This document shows, one piece after another, positions 50,039 through 63,932 of a stretch of DNA of 64,000 nucleotides. Position 1 is the stretch's first letter. The number at the start of each line of letters is the position of its first letter. The DNA is from the human T2T-CHM13v2.0 reference genome, Homo sapiens. The position numbers and the translations under genes are program-made. The stretch is from the NCBI RefSeq assembly GCF_009914755.1, contig NC_060930.1; one strand, given 5' to 3'. The notes under the pieces are model-generated. The model did not search any database. It was not told the DNA's origin and saw only the letters and a program-made list of their open reading frames with translations.

Positions 50039-51854
50039 ATATCCCCTTGGTTAGGTTTATTCCTAAGTATTTTATTCTTTTTGATCCTATTGTAAATGGA
50101 ATTGTTAAATTTTTTTGGATCATTCATTGTTAGTGTATAGAAATACAACTGATTTTTGTGTGCTGACTTTGTATCCTACAACTTTGCTGAATTTATGCTT
50201 CCTCTTGATCACACCATCCTCTGCTGGGGAAGAGCTAGGGTGAGCAAAATCCACAAACTTTCCTAGCCTTTTGGTGCGGCCTTTTCCTGGCTTTGCATTT
50301 GCCTAAATGCTGCAGTTTCCCAATTGGTTTCTAGAGTTCTCACAAAGATATTCTGGCCCATATATTGTTAACTCAGCGTCTCTGGGAGAATGAGGACGTG
50401 GAGTTCCCAAGTCCATCATCTTGCTGACATTACTCCCATCTACCAGTGTTAGCAAAAAACTAGTATGATGATTCATATATGATATTCACATATACAAATA
50501 TGCTAGTAACATTTCTGATTCATGTATGATATTCACATATATGAATATGCTAATAAAATTTCAGAGTATATTGATAAAAAGTGCTTATCCAACAAGTTTT
50601 ACTTATCTACTTATCTCCTGGTGGTCTGTATCAAAATCAATCTCATTCTTAGAGATGATAAAGTTTGGCCTAATAAAAAATTTTCCCAAATACGGCCAAA
50701 ACAACTCAAGATTTTAACTCTTGAATCCTGGGACCCTCAACCAGAAATCTTCTCATGATTATTTTAGAAGAAAATTTTCCTCTGGTTGGGGAAGGTTTTG
50801 ATATCCCCAGTGTAATGTACCTTCCCTAATTATTTTGGAAACTACTGGTTTCAAAGATTATATAGTAACATTAGAAATCCTGTGTGTTTAGTTTTGAGAA
50901 AACACTCCAACAGGAAGCACCTGCTAAATGGAAGGCATTGAAACATTAACTTTGTATCACATGCACTTTTATTACTTTAGGTATAAACATATTTTTTAAC
51001 TCATTAAAATTTTGATTTCAATTTCTAAGTGATTATAAGTTCCAGTGGACTAAATGCATTCTAGTTGATCTTGTTTTGTGATCACTCTACTGCTGATTAG
51101 AATCTCTACTAGAAATTTTGTATTTTCAAGAGGAGGAACAAAGAGCAGAAATGGGATAAGTAAAATTTTAACTATCTTCTTGGGTTCAATTGTATTGCTC
51201 TGGTGAGAGAACTCAGCAGCAGGCAGAAGAGGACAAAGGCATGATGCATATTCAATGAGTAATGCACTTATAAGTAAGTTTCTTTAAATATAAAACATAT
51301 TGAAGATAATAATACTCTATTCCTAGCTAAGGTTATAGTCTTGTCTTCTCATGAGAGTAAATATCCTTGAGGACAGGTACCACCTCTGTTCAAAATTGAT
51401 CCTTCCCAACCCCTACTTCCACACTACCCCATACATTTGTAGGCAGGCACTAGATTGAGCTCAATAAATGTTTTGAGGAGTAACTAACAGAGTTATCATC
51501 ACAACAGCTTCAGTTAAACTTAGAGCTATTTCTACTTGTCTGATGAGTGTCATTTTTTGTTCTGTAGTCTCTCCCTAATGAATCCTTCTTTTTAGTAATT
51601 CTTAAAATTCTATTGGAACTCTAAAACAGTTGAAAAGAGAGCAGGCATAGGGCCATACCAGTCATTTCCAAGATAAAAATGGTCTCAGATAAGATTCTAA
51701 AGAAAGTCCACTCCTCTTTGTATGTTTCAAAATGGCTTCAAGTGTTGTTTTGCCATTTAAGTGTGAATGTACTTGGCTTATGAAAGTAGATAGAAACTCA
51801 AAATTATTACTAATAGTGAAGTCATGATTTTTTAAGAGATTGAGACAGCAAATA

Positions 51855-52959
51855 AAATTGGAGAAAAATTCTTCTTTATTTAAAAATACCAGTAATACTG
51901 ACAGACTTCAAAAGCAATTCACGCTTCCAGAATACAAAGTACTTAATACATATTTTCAAACCTGTTTGCATTTCAAACAAAGTTAGCGTTTTTGTAAATC
52001 AAATTTGATAACCCGACTAAAAATATTTTCCAGCTTTATTATTTAAGGAGCTGCACAGCCTTTAAAGTGGGGACCAGGAGGCAGGCAGAGGCAGAGAGAC
52101 TGAATGCACCCAGGACTGCGCAGCAGTCTACAGCAACATGTCCCACAACTTTGGTGCTGGAAACACAAGTAATGCACAAGACAGCTGCCCTCCAGTGTCA
52201 GGATCCTGTGAAACAGCATATCAAAAGATCGCCAGCTTCTTATAATTTACACACTTTCATTTAGGATTGCTTTTTGAAGAAAATCTTTAAGAATGCCATT
52301 TTAATTTAATATCCAGAACCCTGAATTTAAAAAACTAATGAAAGAAATTAACTGTTACCATCAAAATGGTTGTTGCTGAGCTGTGTGAGTAGGAATTCTA
52401 TGCTTTTTTAGATGCAAGAAAATTAACACATAATGCAAGTTTAATTTGAAATCACACAAGTTATGTATGTAGGCTCAGATAGTAGCAATGTTCACTTTTA
52501 TTACTAATAGCTTAACTGAAACAGCCATCTATTCATTCCTCCAGCAGGAATAGCAGCACCAAGATCTTCTAAAATTCTTTACATATAAAGCTTAAGTCAT
52601 TATCCAAGTCCCATTCTTTGCATGCTCCAATTCTTGTTATCTTATTTAACATAAAAGCAACAGGATTTGGAGAGTTACTATTTGCTGTATTAAAACAGTT
52701 ACACAGCATCTTGTACTGTCAAAAAGCAAAATACTGTGAATGGCAGCCTGTCTTCACAGCTCTAAACTTGAAGCTGCCAAACAGTCACTGCTTGTGCCAG
52801 CAGTGGTTTTCCACAGAAAAATAGCAGAAACTAAAGGAATCATGGCACAATGGATTTCTGAATTATTTTGTCTACCATTGGTCCTGGGGCTTAGTACCTT
52901 CCCCCTTGTAGACTATATCTGCTGATCATTCCAGAATCATCTTTAATGAAGGAAAGGCA
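51855..52959 (-). terminator. SESN1: SESN1 3' UTR (~1.1 kb) with AATAAA signals at 52040-52035 and 51880-51875
   Basis: Repeat-free AT-rich sequence after the stop. The distal AATAAA is followed by a U-rich tract on the minus strand. Confidence 0.75.
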
Positions 52960-53046
52960 TCAGGTCATATAGCGGGTAATGGCTCTCAGAGCATAAAGGA
53001 GTTCTGCTTGCATCCTAGCTTCTATAAGAAGCAGATTAACATGAAC
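52960..53046 (-). CDS. SESN1: SESN1 last coding exon: [28 protein letters not shown]
   Basis: Acceptor tttatattcag|GTT. TGA at 52962-52960. Canonical sestrin C-terminus. Confidence 0.97.
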   Translation of the reverse strand, partial: VHVNLLLIEARMQAELLYALRAITRYMT

Positions 53047-53222
53047 CTGAATATAAAATACAACATCATATAAGGAAGGGTTACAAGCATTCACAATCAG
53101 TTTTTCAGTGAATCTAATGAACACATAAAATAAGTACACTTCCTACACTTCCTATGTAGTACAGCATAACTTAGCCTTGGGTTTGTTGAACAGATTATAA
53201 ATTTCTCAAAACAGCAGCTATC

Positions 53223-53513
<291 letters not shown>

Positions 53514-53962
53514 TAATATTCTTTTTGGATAGATTGAGCTTTCATTTATATTTTATCATGTTTCTTGGAGGTTTGTTACATGTCAGAAAATCTAGACACT
53601 GTTTTATCAGAATAGCAACTTCCCCTGCCAAATCATTATTCAGTAATTTCTATAAAGATGTTTCAAAGAGAACAGACACTTCTACCTATACACAGCTTTT
53701 ATAAAACAGTCTTCTATGTGCTGACAGCCATGCCAGCACTTCTGAAGACGGGCCAGCCCACCTGTGTTCCCTGTCTTTATTCTTTTACTCTATCAACATA
53801 ATCAGGTTCCCTTCTGAAGGGGTACCTGAGACAGCTGTCCTGGAATGTTTTTCTTTGGGTTGGTAGGGGTGATGGAAAGGGTTTCAGCACCATTAGGTTA
53901 GGTGAAGGAGACTACGAATCATTGCTAAGTTACAAAGTAAATAAGCCACAATAGGCACATAC

Positions 53963-54107
53963 CTTCTCAGAGTGCTTGAACTGCCTCCAGAAGCTATCAT
54001 ACATTCTTTTGGTAACCTTTTCAGGAGTGCAAACAACAGTTTTGATATAAACTTTAAAGCTACGATCCAATAGCTGGTTAATTTCACCATAGTCATAATC
54101 ATCATAT
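53963..54107 (-). CDS. SESN1: SESN1 penultimate coding exon, 145 nt: [48 protein letters not shown]
   Basis: Acceptor tctttcaacag|A and donor AAG|gtatgt. Has the YDDYDY motif (GATOR2-binding aspartate pair in sestrins) and FW..F..SEK. Confidence 0.97.
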
Positions 54108-54436
54108 CTGTTGAAAGACATAATGAGAATTATGATATTTTCAGTGTATAACCTGTTTTCATCTTACAAAAGTATACACATCAATAGTTAATACTGTATT
54201 TTTTCTCTCTTTGTGTAGGCAGCTGTCCCCAAAAATGATAGAGCTTTATAACTGCAGATGAATAAGTGAGTATAAAGGGATAAGAAACAGAGTACTTAGG
54301 GAGACTAACATAACATTTTTTCTACTACCCAAGTAAATCATTCCTGAAAGCTGACAATATTAACATAGCACTGGGTACCAAGCAATAGTGTATATCTGCA
54401 ATCATGAACACGTAGCCACACTGAGGAACAAACTAT

Positions 54437-54722
54437 TATTGAGACGGAGTCTTGCCCTGTCGCCCAGGCTGGAGTGCAGTGGTGCTATCTTGGCTTATTG
54501 CAACCTCTGCTTCCTGGGTTCAAGCGATTCTCTCACCTCAGCCTCCCGAGAAGCTAGGATTACAGGTGTGTGCCACCATGCCCAGCCAATTTTTGTATTT
54601 TTAGTAGAGACAGGGTATCACCATATTGGCCAGGCTAGTCTAAAACTCCTGACCTCAAGTGATCTGCCCGCCTTGGCTTCCCAAAGTGCTGGGATTATGG
54701 GCGTGAGCCACCGCGCCTGGCT
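54437..54722 (-). mobile_element. AluS
   Basis: Dimeric consensus. ctga(g/-)...acaaa flank similarity on both sides. Confidence 0.92.
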
Positions 54723-54801
54723 GAACAAATTCTGAAAACAGATTTTGAGTATTATCGAAATTAAGAAACAAATTAATTACATTTGTTATTGGTACTAGTA
54801 C

Positions 54802-55046
54802 TTTCTCTCTCTATATATATAGATAGATATCTCTAGATCTAGAGATATATATCTAGATCTAGATACATCTCTATATCTAGAGATATAGAAATATCTGTAT
54901 ATATATCTCTAGATCTAGAGATATCTATATATATAGAGAGAGATATCTATAGAGATAGAGATATCTCTAGATCTAGATCTCTAGATCTAGAGATATCTAT
55001 ATATAGAGAGAGATAGAGAGAGATAGATATCTCTCTATATAGAGAA
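54802..55046. repeat. Palindromic low-complexity repeat built from TCTAGA, GATATC, (TA)n and (GA)n units
   Basis: GATATCTCTAGATCTAGAGATAT-type cores recur several times. Confidence 0.92.
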
Positions 55047-56064
55047 ATTTACTTGTATAAATAAATAAAATAAAAATAATTAGAATTACTTTACTCATGT
55101 TTCTAGGAGTTTCTGGGGTCAAATGAGAAAAAAGGCAGGGGCTGCGAGGAGAAGGATGGTCTATACTTAGGAGAGCCTATCCTGCTTTAAGCCAAGATGG
55201 CTGCATGCACCAGTTGTGTGCGTTGCTCCACTGGGTAATGGATTTCCAATCACATAGGCACTGAAGTCTCCTATTGAGTTTTCAGTGGAAAGGGGACAAA
55301 GGTCTTGCAAAGCTGGTTCTACCACCATTGAGGAGGCTAAAGTCAATAGTCTGGCTACTGATTAGTGGGAAATTAGTTTAAAGTTGGTCAGCTGTACTTC
55401 AAATGCCAGATCCGTTTAGAGTAGATTAAATAGGGTTTGTAGGTTTTGACCAGAGTCTCTGATAATAGAAAGCCTGATTTTACAGCAAAAATAGTTAACT
55501 AGTAAGCACTGTAGCTCAGAGTTTGTGTGCATGTGTGAGAAGGTGGTATACAATGACTGCATTTTCAATGTAACATAGTAACATGGCTGAAAACCTAACA
55601 GCAAGGACATGAAAGTTTTGCATTTTGATTACGTATTATGAGAGCAAGTACTCCTCAGAAGGAGCCTAAGAACAGCCAGAGGGGCAATATAAGGGTACTG
55701 ATTTCCAAGGAGGTAGAAACATAAGTGTATCAAGAGATAGATTATATGAAGAGAAAAGATACTAAAGGTGTTCAGTTACAAACTTTGTTCTAGGACCAGC
55801 TTGCTTGTCCTCCCTTTCCTGGAGGCAGCTGTCATTCAATTCTTGTCAAGGTCCCTAACTCTCCCTCCTGCCTAGCTAGGAAAGAGAAGAAAAAACTAAG
55901 CTGCAATAAAGTGGTTCTTTGAAGCATAAATAGCATAAAAATAAGTTATTGGGGAGGGGATGGGTTTTGATTATGTGTGTGTCTATGTGCATGTGCGCTC
56001 CAAGCACTTGAATAATTTGGCCCAGAGGAAAACATCTCTTTATAAACACAGAAAGAAGACTAAC

Positions 56065-56255
56065 CTTATTCCAAACATGCAGTGAATATAGTTCCAAATT
56101 GCCCGTCTAAGCATTGAGGTATCAACATCTTTGTGCATTGCCATTGTATTATAAGTAAGATTGTAAGCAATGTGAAATTTTTCATCAATCAACTGTCCCA
56201 CATCTGGATAAAGGCGATTTACCAAAGAATAACCATGATCTTCCCAGCAATAGTC
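56065..56255 (-). CDS. SESN1: SESN1 coding exon (probably 8), 191 nt: [63 protein letters not shown](R)
   Basis: Acceptor tatttag|GAC and donor AG|gttagt. Contains the sestrin leucine-pocket segment LTYNT..VDTS.LRR. Confidence 0.97.
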
Positions 56256-56648
56256 CTAAATACAGGGAATAGAACAAATGTGAATAAATGTGGTCAAGTA
56301 CAGTTCTATATCTATAGCTCTGTAGCATGGTAAAAATCATTGTCATTTGGCTGACAATCCAACTGGCTTTTATCCCTAACTCCCAGCTTCACTTACACTC
56401 CAATCTTTTTTTCAATTCCCATACTGCAACATGCAAAAGGTTGTGTTTTATAACTCAGTGAGTTTAAAAACTAATAGTCTCATCTCAAAAAAAAACAACA
56501 ACAAAAAAAAACTAATAGTCTCTTCCCCTTACACATTGGCCTTTATGTCTTTCACTCTCTCTCCACTCAGCCCCCCAGATGTGACCAGCTTGGGAGTCCC
56601 CTCTCCTTTTCCATTGCTGCAGCCATTCAAGTGGTCTTCAAATTATGA

Positions 56649-56961
56649 GTGTGTGTGTGTGTGTGTGTGTGTGTTTTAAGAGACAAGGTCTCACTATGTT
56701 GTCCAGGCTAGAGTACAATGGTATGATCACAGCTCACTGCAGTCTCCAACTGCTGGGCTCAAGCGATCCTCCCTGCCTCAGCCTCCTGAGTAACTGGAAC
56801 TATAGGCACAGGCCACCTTGCTTGGCTACTTTTAAAATTATTTGTAGAGATAGGGTCTTGTTTTGCTGCCCATGCTAGTCTTGAATGCTTGGCCTCAGTG
56901 ATTTTCCCATCTTGGTCTCTCAAAGTGCTGGGATTACACGTGGGAGCCACCAGATCTGGCC
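56649..56961 (-). mobile_element. AluJ whose tail has become a (GT)13 microsatellite (56649-56674)
   Basis: (gt)13 directly followed by tttaagagacaaggtctcact. Confidence 0.9.
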
Positions 56962-57519
56962 AAATTTTGTGAATTTTTAATTAAACACATCTATCACCCA
57001 TTCCTTCTCCTACCTGCACTTCTGCCTTTTAGCCCTATTAACTGAGTCTCCTAATTAGTTTTCCTATATTAAATCTCCTTGCCTCCTTTCTTTCCACCTG
57101 AAACAAAACTTAATAAGCCCCTACTTCTTTGTTGCTTTCCTAAAAACACCTCTTTGATAGTATGCCATCACGCTGGTCAAAGCCTACAAACCCCACATAA
57201 TCTAATGTAAACTACTTTGACATTTAAGGCACACCTAACCAATTTTAAACATACACCACTAATCAGAAGTAGGAATCTTTAGCTTGAAGCTCTCAGCAGC
57301 CAACCAATCTCTTTATAATTCCTTCCTTCACTCTATCCCTCAACCTAAGCTTAATTATTGTCTAGTCTCCTCTACTTACAATACCCTTTTCACCATCCAA
57401 ATTCTTCAAATCCTAATGTCCCTCCATAAAAAATTTCCAGCCCACATGATGTCTTCAATTTCTAATCTATTGCATAATTATTCTATAACTCTTCCTTGTG
57501 CCTAAATTTTGCCCCTTAG

Positions 57520-57836
57520 CTTATTTATTATTTTTTGAGACAGGATCCCACTCTGTCACCCAGGCTGGAGTGCAGTGGCTCCATCACAACTCACCGCAGC
57601 CTCAACCTTCCAGGCTCAAGTGATCTTCCCACCTCAGCCTCCTGAGTAGATGGGACCACAGGTACATGCCACCACACCTGGCTAATTTTATTTTATTTTT
57701 TATTTTTATTTTTTTTGTGGAGACAGGGTTTCCCCTTGTTGGCCAGGCTGGTCGTGGAATGCCTCGGCTCAGGCAATCCACCTGCCTCAGCCTCCCAAGG
57801 TGCTGGGATCACAGGCGGGAGCCATTGTGCCAGGCC
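57520..57836 (-). mobile_element. AluJ
   Basis: Dimeric consensus. Flank gccccttag is repeated on both sides. Confidence 0.9.
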
Positions 57837-58206
57837 CCTTAGTTTTTTGAGCAAAGAAACAAAATCTTATGGTTCTCAAATATTTTCATAATTCTGGTAA
57901 AATAGTTATTATTTAACACTGGCCCCTAACAATATTTGGGAACGCTGGGAGTATCAACTCATCTGAATTAAATACTTACATATTTAAATATTTACACAAT
58001 AAAATTTTTAAGATATACATACATTGAAACTACAGTATGATTCCATGGATGAATTAGAAACAGTCTTTCACCTTTTATTCTGAAACAAGACGAGATACTG
58101 CCTGCAAAGCACTTAGCATAGTTCTCAAATCTAAGTGGCTGTTTTGTATTTTAAGTCAGACTGAGATATTTCTAGTCAATCATGTGCATACAAGTTGCAA
58201 TTTTAC

Positions 58207-58319
58207 CTGGACACGAAATGTTGGAACATGCATCCCATGTCTAGAGAAATCTTTATAGCCATAACTAGTATCCTCAAAATGACGAGATACAGCTCTTGCT
58301 GGTGTAACTTCTTCATCAT
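58207..58319 (-). CDS. SESN1: SESN1 coding exon (probably 7), 113 nt: [38 protein letters not shown]
   Basis: Acceptor ttttttcccag|AT and donor CAG|gtaaaa. ORF 58180..58401. Confidence 0.96.
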
Positions 58320-59161
58320 CTGGGAAAAAAGGCCATTGAAAGGTTTTTAAAAATAGGATGCTAGTTAAAATTGATTTTACCCAAAGGAGTAAAAATGGCA
58401 TAACTCTTTCTCTGATACTGAGTGACCAATATCAACCAAAGTAGTCTTACAATTATACAAAGTAGTTTACTTGCTAGTAAACAGAATGTAGTAAAAGGAG
58501 ATTTTCTGTTATAAAATGAAAACTCATAGTTGAATTCTCTATGCCTTTTATTGCCTCTTTCATAGATCCTTTCTCTCTCCTCCCATTCCAATTTATATGT
58601 ATTAGGTTCGACTTATTCAAAGTATGAACATACTTTTGGATAATTTTTAAGATAACTACAAAAATCAGCTATGCTCCAAAATTTAGCACTTAGATTATTT
58701 TTGTTGAATATTAATGACATATAATATGTAACATGATCAAAGAAAGAAATCCCATGGGTTAACATTTTTACAGTGCTGCCTGCACTGTGACTAAGACTTT
58801 CTGGACTATCATCATGTTTAGGAGTTGATGAGATTATAGTTTCATGTAAGTGTATCATTAGATGACAACTCTACATCTTTAGGCATGGAAACAAAAATTT
58901 TTCCTGGAAGAAAAAAAAGTGAACATCCAACCTCCATTTAAACAAATTTGATTGTTTCTTTGCTATTAAGAAACTCGGTGCTCTTTCTCCCACTCTATTA
59001 TATTGTCAAAATACATCTGGAGACACTTTATAAACTTTTTCTCCTTTAAATTACCTGGTTTATATATTATCTCCTGTAGCCTGCATATAGATAAAGGTTA
59101 AACATAGAGGATTTAGGTTGTTGGTAATTTAATAAATATCTCCTTTTCACAAATCATATAA

Positions 59162-59296
59162 TTTTTGTTGTTGTTTTTTTAGAGACAGGAGTCTTGCTAT
59201 GTTGCCCCAACTAGTCTGGAATGCCTGGCTTCAAGGTGATCCTTCCACCTCAGCTTCTTGAGTAGCCGGTACTACAGGTACAAACTGCCGTGCCCA
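59162..59296 (-). mobile_element. Alu monomer (FLAM/FAM-like)
   Basis: gagacaggagtcttgctatgttgccc...ccgtgccc. Confidence 0.8.
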
Positions 59297-59364
59297 AAAA
59301 AATCACAGAATTTTAACTCTAGAAGCAATCTTGGGACTATTTCCTCATATTAAGGAAGAGAAGC

Positions 59365-59592
<228 letters not shown>

Positions 59593-59881
59593 GAGGGCAC
59601 TCATATGTTAAGTGACTAAGCCAAGTTCACAAAGCTTATTAGAAGTAATTTTAGTGCCAGAATCCAAATTAAATGTCCTCCCCCTTAGTCTAGGATGTTT
59701 TCACTTATGACCTTTTCTTAGTTGCTTGCTTTAAAAATTATTTGTAAATAGGAATACCTATGCAATAGTCTCTCTAAAAGGAAGGACATATTTAGATTGA
59801 TGCTTTAAAAGTTATTTAAATTCTCTAAATAAAAAGTTGAGTTTGCAATAATTATATTGACTATATAATGGTTGTTCTTAC

Positions 59882-60029
59882 CTGAAGAGAAGACAAACAT
59901 ACTCTCTCTTTTTTCTATTTCAAAACGTGAAGCCATCTCTTCCTGACTTGCCTCTTCTTCATCTCGACATTCCTGTAACTGCCTCATCTTTTCCATGAGG
60001 GCTTCAACCTCAAAGAAAGAATCACTTAC
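59882..60029 (-). CDS. SESN1: SESN1 coding exon (probably 6), 148 nt: [49 protein letters not shown]
   Basis: Acceptor ttttttcttcag|GTA and donor TCA G|gtaaga. Sestrin linker sequence. ORF 59805..59996. Confidence 0.95.
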
Positions 60030-60033
60030 CTGA

Positions 60034-60423
<390 letters not shown>

Positions 60424-61034
60424 AGAATTTATATCTTAGTAGAATATAGGGAAAATATTCCTATAATTTTAATGTACATGAATGAATAAAAAACTACTTT
60501 GGCCTATTAGGAATACAGACATGCAGATTTTAAAATATAAGGAAAAAAATGATTTTAAGAACACATTCTAATGCTTTTACCTTATAAAATTAGCAATAAT
60601 GTCATTACCATTTATGCTGTTTTAAACTACTTGTCAATTTAAAGCAGAACTGCGTAAGATAACTTCTACTTGCTTAATCTTTAAATAAATAAGATACACA
60701 AAGTATAAGTGATTTTGCATCAACTGTGTACACTGGGCATACATATTGTCAATGTGTCTATCATCTTTAATAATTAGCTTTATTTCTACAATTTACCAAT
60801 TAAACATGAAAGATGTCTACATGGCTGGAGTTGGCCACCTGACCTCTGCAAATGGATCTGGCAGCTGTCACTTGCTGGGATGACTAGAGCAGTGTCACAC
60901 ATAGAGTAATGGGGCTGACAAAGGACTGGCCAAGTGGTTTTGCACTAGTCAAACTGGTTATACTTCTATACCCTGCTGCATTCTTGCTACAAAAGCTAGA
61001 TCAAATCTATGCAATTTATACCTTTCTTATAAAA

Positions 61035-61219
61035 TGAATATATTAAGAAGTCTGGGTTGGGCTAGTGGCTCATGCCTGTAATCCCAGCATTTTGGGAGAC
61101 CAAGGCAGGAGAATCACTTGAGCCCAGGAGGAGTTCAAGGCTGCAGTGAGCTGTGATTGTGCCACTGTATTCCAGCCTGGACAACAGAGAGAGACTTTGT
61201 CTCAAAAAGAGAAAAAAAA
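61035..61219 (+). mobile_element. Alu monomer (FRAM-like or left/right recombinant)
   Basis: Single-arm Alu with A tail. Confidence 0.85.
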
Positions 61220-62119
61220 GTCTTAATCTCAAATCTCAATGTATACATACAAAATTAATGTTTCCCCCCTTATAAATTTATTTTGCCAGGAATGCTTTTA
61301 AGACCTCTATCTTCCATTCTTCCTGGCTTCCACCCATTGATCCTTCAGGTAGCAGCTTACATCCTTGTAAACACTGTCATTTACCCCACAAGCTCCAATT
61401 ATTCTAACACAACCCTCTCCTCTTTCCTTCAGAGGACCAATCATAATTTATAATTGTTACTCGCATGATATTGATTTAATGCAGGCTCCCTTCCCAGACC
61501 AAACCTTCATAAAGGTAGGAAATCTGTTTGGTTTACTTGTATATATCCCAAGCCTAGCATAGTACCTGGTACATAGTAGATATTCAAGAAATACTTGCTG
61601 GAGAATGACTCTCAGGATAATTCTATATTAAGAGACAATCTATATCACTTGTGCTTTACATTTTCTTTTGATCCAAACAGTTATACTGAAATGCCCAGTA
61701 TTAAGCCCTTTCTCTAAGACTTTCATGATGGGAAGTGTTTCTATGACGATACTGAAGATTCTTGTGGTGCATGCATGCATTTTCCCCAGTTATTCCTGAC
61801 ATAGAGTCAGTAACCAAATAAAAAATAGCTGAAAAGGATTAGGTTTCATGACAGGATGACTCAAAGTTTAAAAAAGATCTCTGTCAACTCACATTATCTG
61901 TCACTAATTTATTTTGTTTACCTATTCTCCTCTTAAAGAGCCCAAATTTTAAGTATTCTTAGGAAAGGTAATTCTTGATAAATTATATTGAAATAAGAGG
62001 GAAAGGAAACAAAGTAGGTTTCTTTGTTCCTTCACTGATCTGCTAAAGTTGGGATTAAAAAAAAAATGGCATTTCATTTTAATATTAAAATGTTAAAATT
62101 GTGTAAGAAAACTCTTTTT

Positions 62120-62465
62120 TCTTTCCCTTTATAAATTACCCAGTCTTGGGTATGTCTTTATTAGCAGCATGAGAACAGAATAATACACCAACACTTAGAA
62201 GCAACCAATGTGTTCTTCAGTAGCTACTGGAATAAAGAAATGTTGCTACATCCAGAAAATGAAAAATTATTCAGTGCTAAAAAGAAATTAGGTATCAAGC
62301 CATGAACAGACATGGAAGAAATTTAAATGTATATTACTAAGTGAAAGAAGCCAATCTGAAAAGGCTACGTACTGTATGATTCCAACTATATAACATTCTG
62401 GAAAAGACAACTATGGAGAGAGTAAAGAAATGAATAAGTAGTTTCCAGGGTTGGGAGGGAGGGAA
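62120..62465 (+). mobile_element. THE1/MST LTR 3' stub (~62120-62188) followed by an L1M 3' fragment
   Basis: ataaattacccagtcttgggtatgtctttattagcagcatgagaacag, then aagtgaaagaagccaatctgaaaaggctacgtactgtatgattcc. Confidence 0.75.
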
Positions 62466-63932
62466 AATTCTTGTTTGTTACCATTTGTATCTGAAGAGCT
62501 GAGTCAGATACTGGATATGTACCTAAAGAACAAGCCATATCAGCTCACTGTCAAAGTGTCATCAGGGTAGGCCATAAACCTTCTAAAAGTATCCAACTTA
62601 CCTGGGAATAGGAAGCTTATTAGAGAAATAAAAATTATCTTCTTTCACTATTCATTCTTTTAATAGAAGGAGAACTAGAAACAATCAAGTACTTTTTTCT
62701 TTAGCCTTGTACTAAATTATTGGTAGCAAGGAGAAGAATCCATCTCCTAGCATTCTAGCAACTGAATACTCTCTTGGATCCTCTTCTGACTGCCAAGCTT
62801 TGAAAAATAATCAGTGGCCATATGCAGGCCTATAACATGAATCTAGGCAGCTCAAAGGAGGGTGAAACTGATGGTCTTTGGCAGTCCTATGATCAACCTT
62901 GGGAAAATTATTCTTTCTTGTGCTAATTTCACCATATGTAAATGCTACCTCTTATTTAGCACCTGACAAATGCTAAGTGCTGTACTTGGCATTTTACTTC
63001 TTTAGAGACATTTCATTTAAACCTCACAATAACTTTGTGTTTTACTTTTATTTAGATACAAAAGAACTGAGATTCAGTAACTTGCCCGAAGTCAAATATA
63101 TAAATTAAAGGCAATTCAACCTGTCAAATCTATTTCAAAGGGATAATATAACTCAGAAAATGCATGTAAAGCATTCAGATGGCTGTGGTACTGCTTCTAA
63201 AATTTATTTTTGAAGCATAAAATAAACCCTTGCTTTTTCACTACAACAAAAGAATGCAGAAGGAGATTTTGATTCATCATATACAGGAATTAAAATTTGC
63301 TTATAGAAAACTGAACTTGCTCTGTTTCAAAGGAGTAACAAAACTAAGAATATATAAAAGCCAGGAACAGAAGGAATAGAGGTGAAAGCATTTTAACACA
63401 TTTACATTCACCTGATATCACCTTCTATATTGGTGCAAAGTTAAACATGAAAAAGAATTCTGAAGAGAGAAATTTCTAGATCAAAGTTGATTAAATCTTC
63501 TGAAATATAAAAAATTAAGAAGCCAGACTGTTTATTTTGTGCAAAAGAGAAGAATGTGATTGGCACAAAAAGTCTCCACCACCAGGCCACACTATTTTCA
63601 GCCTTCCCTCATGTCACTGCAGTAGCCAATCAATATTATTTGGTCCTGACGGGACACATGCTGTTGGCTCCTGATCCTAAAATTATCTAAATGTAAACTC
63701 CTACAGGGTCTTAGAGTTTTGTACATCACTTTTGTAAAATGTTGTATATCACCTAGACTAGTGATGAGCATGTGAGGCAGTCAATAAAACCCTACTGAAT
63801 GAATAGATATAGGGGCCCAATATCTCCACAGTCTTAACAGGGTGGGTTTTTCTAAGAAGCCAACTGAAGAAATAATATAACAGCAATTATTGTGATTAGT
63901 TTTATGACAATCTCATGACAAATAATACTTAC

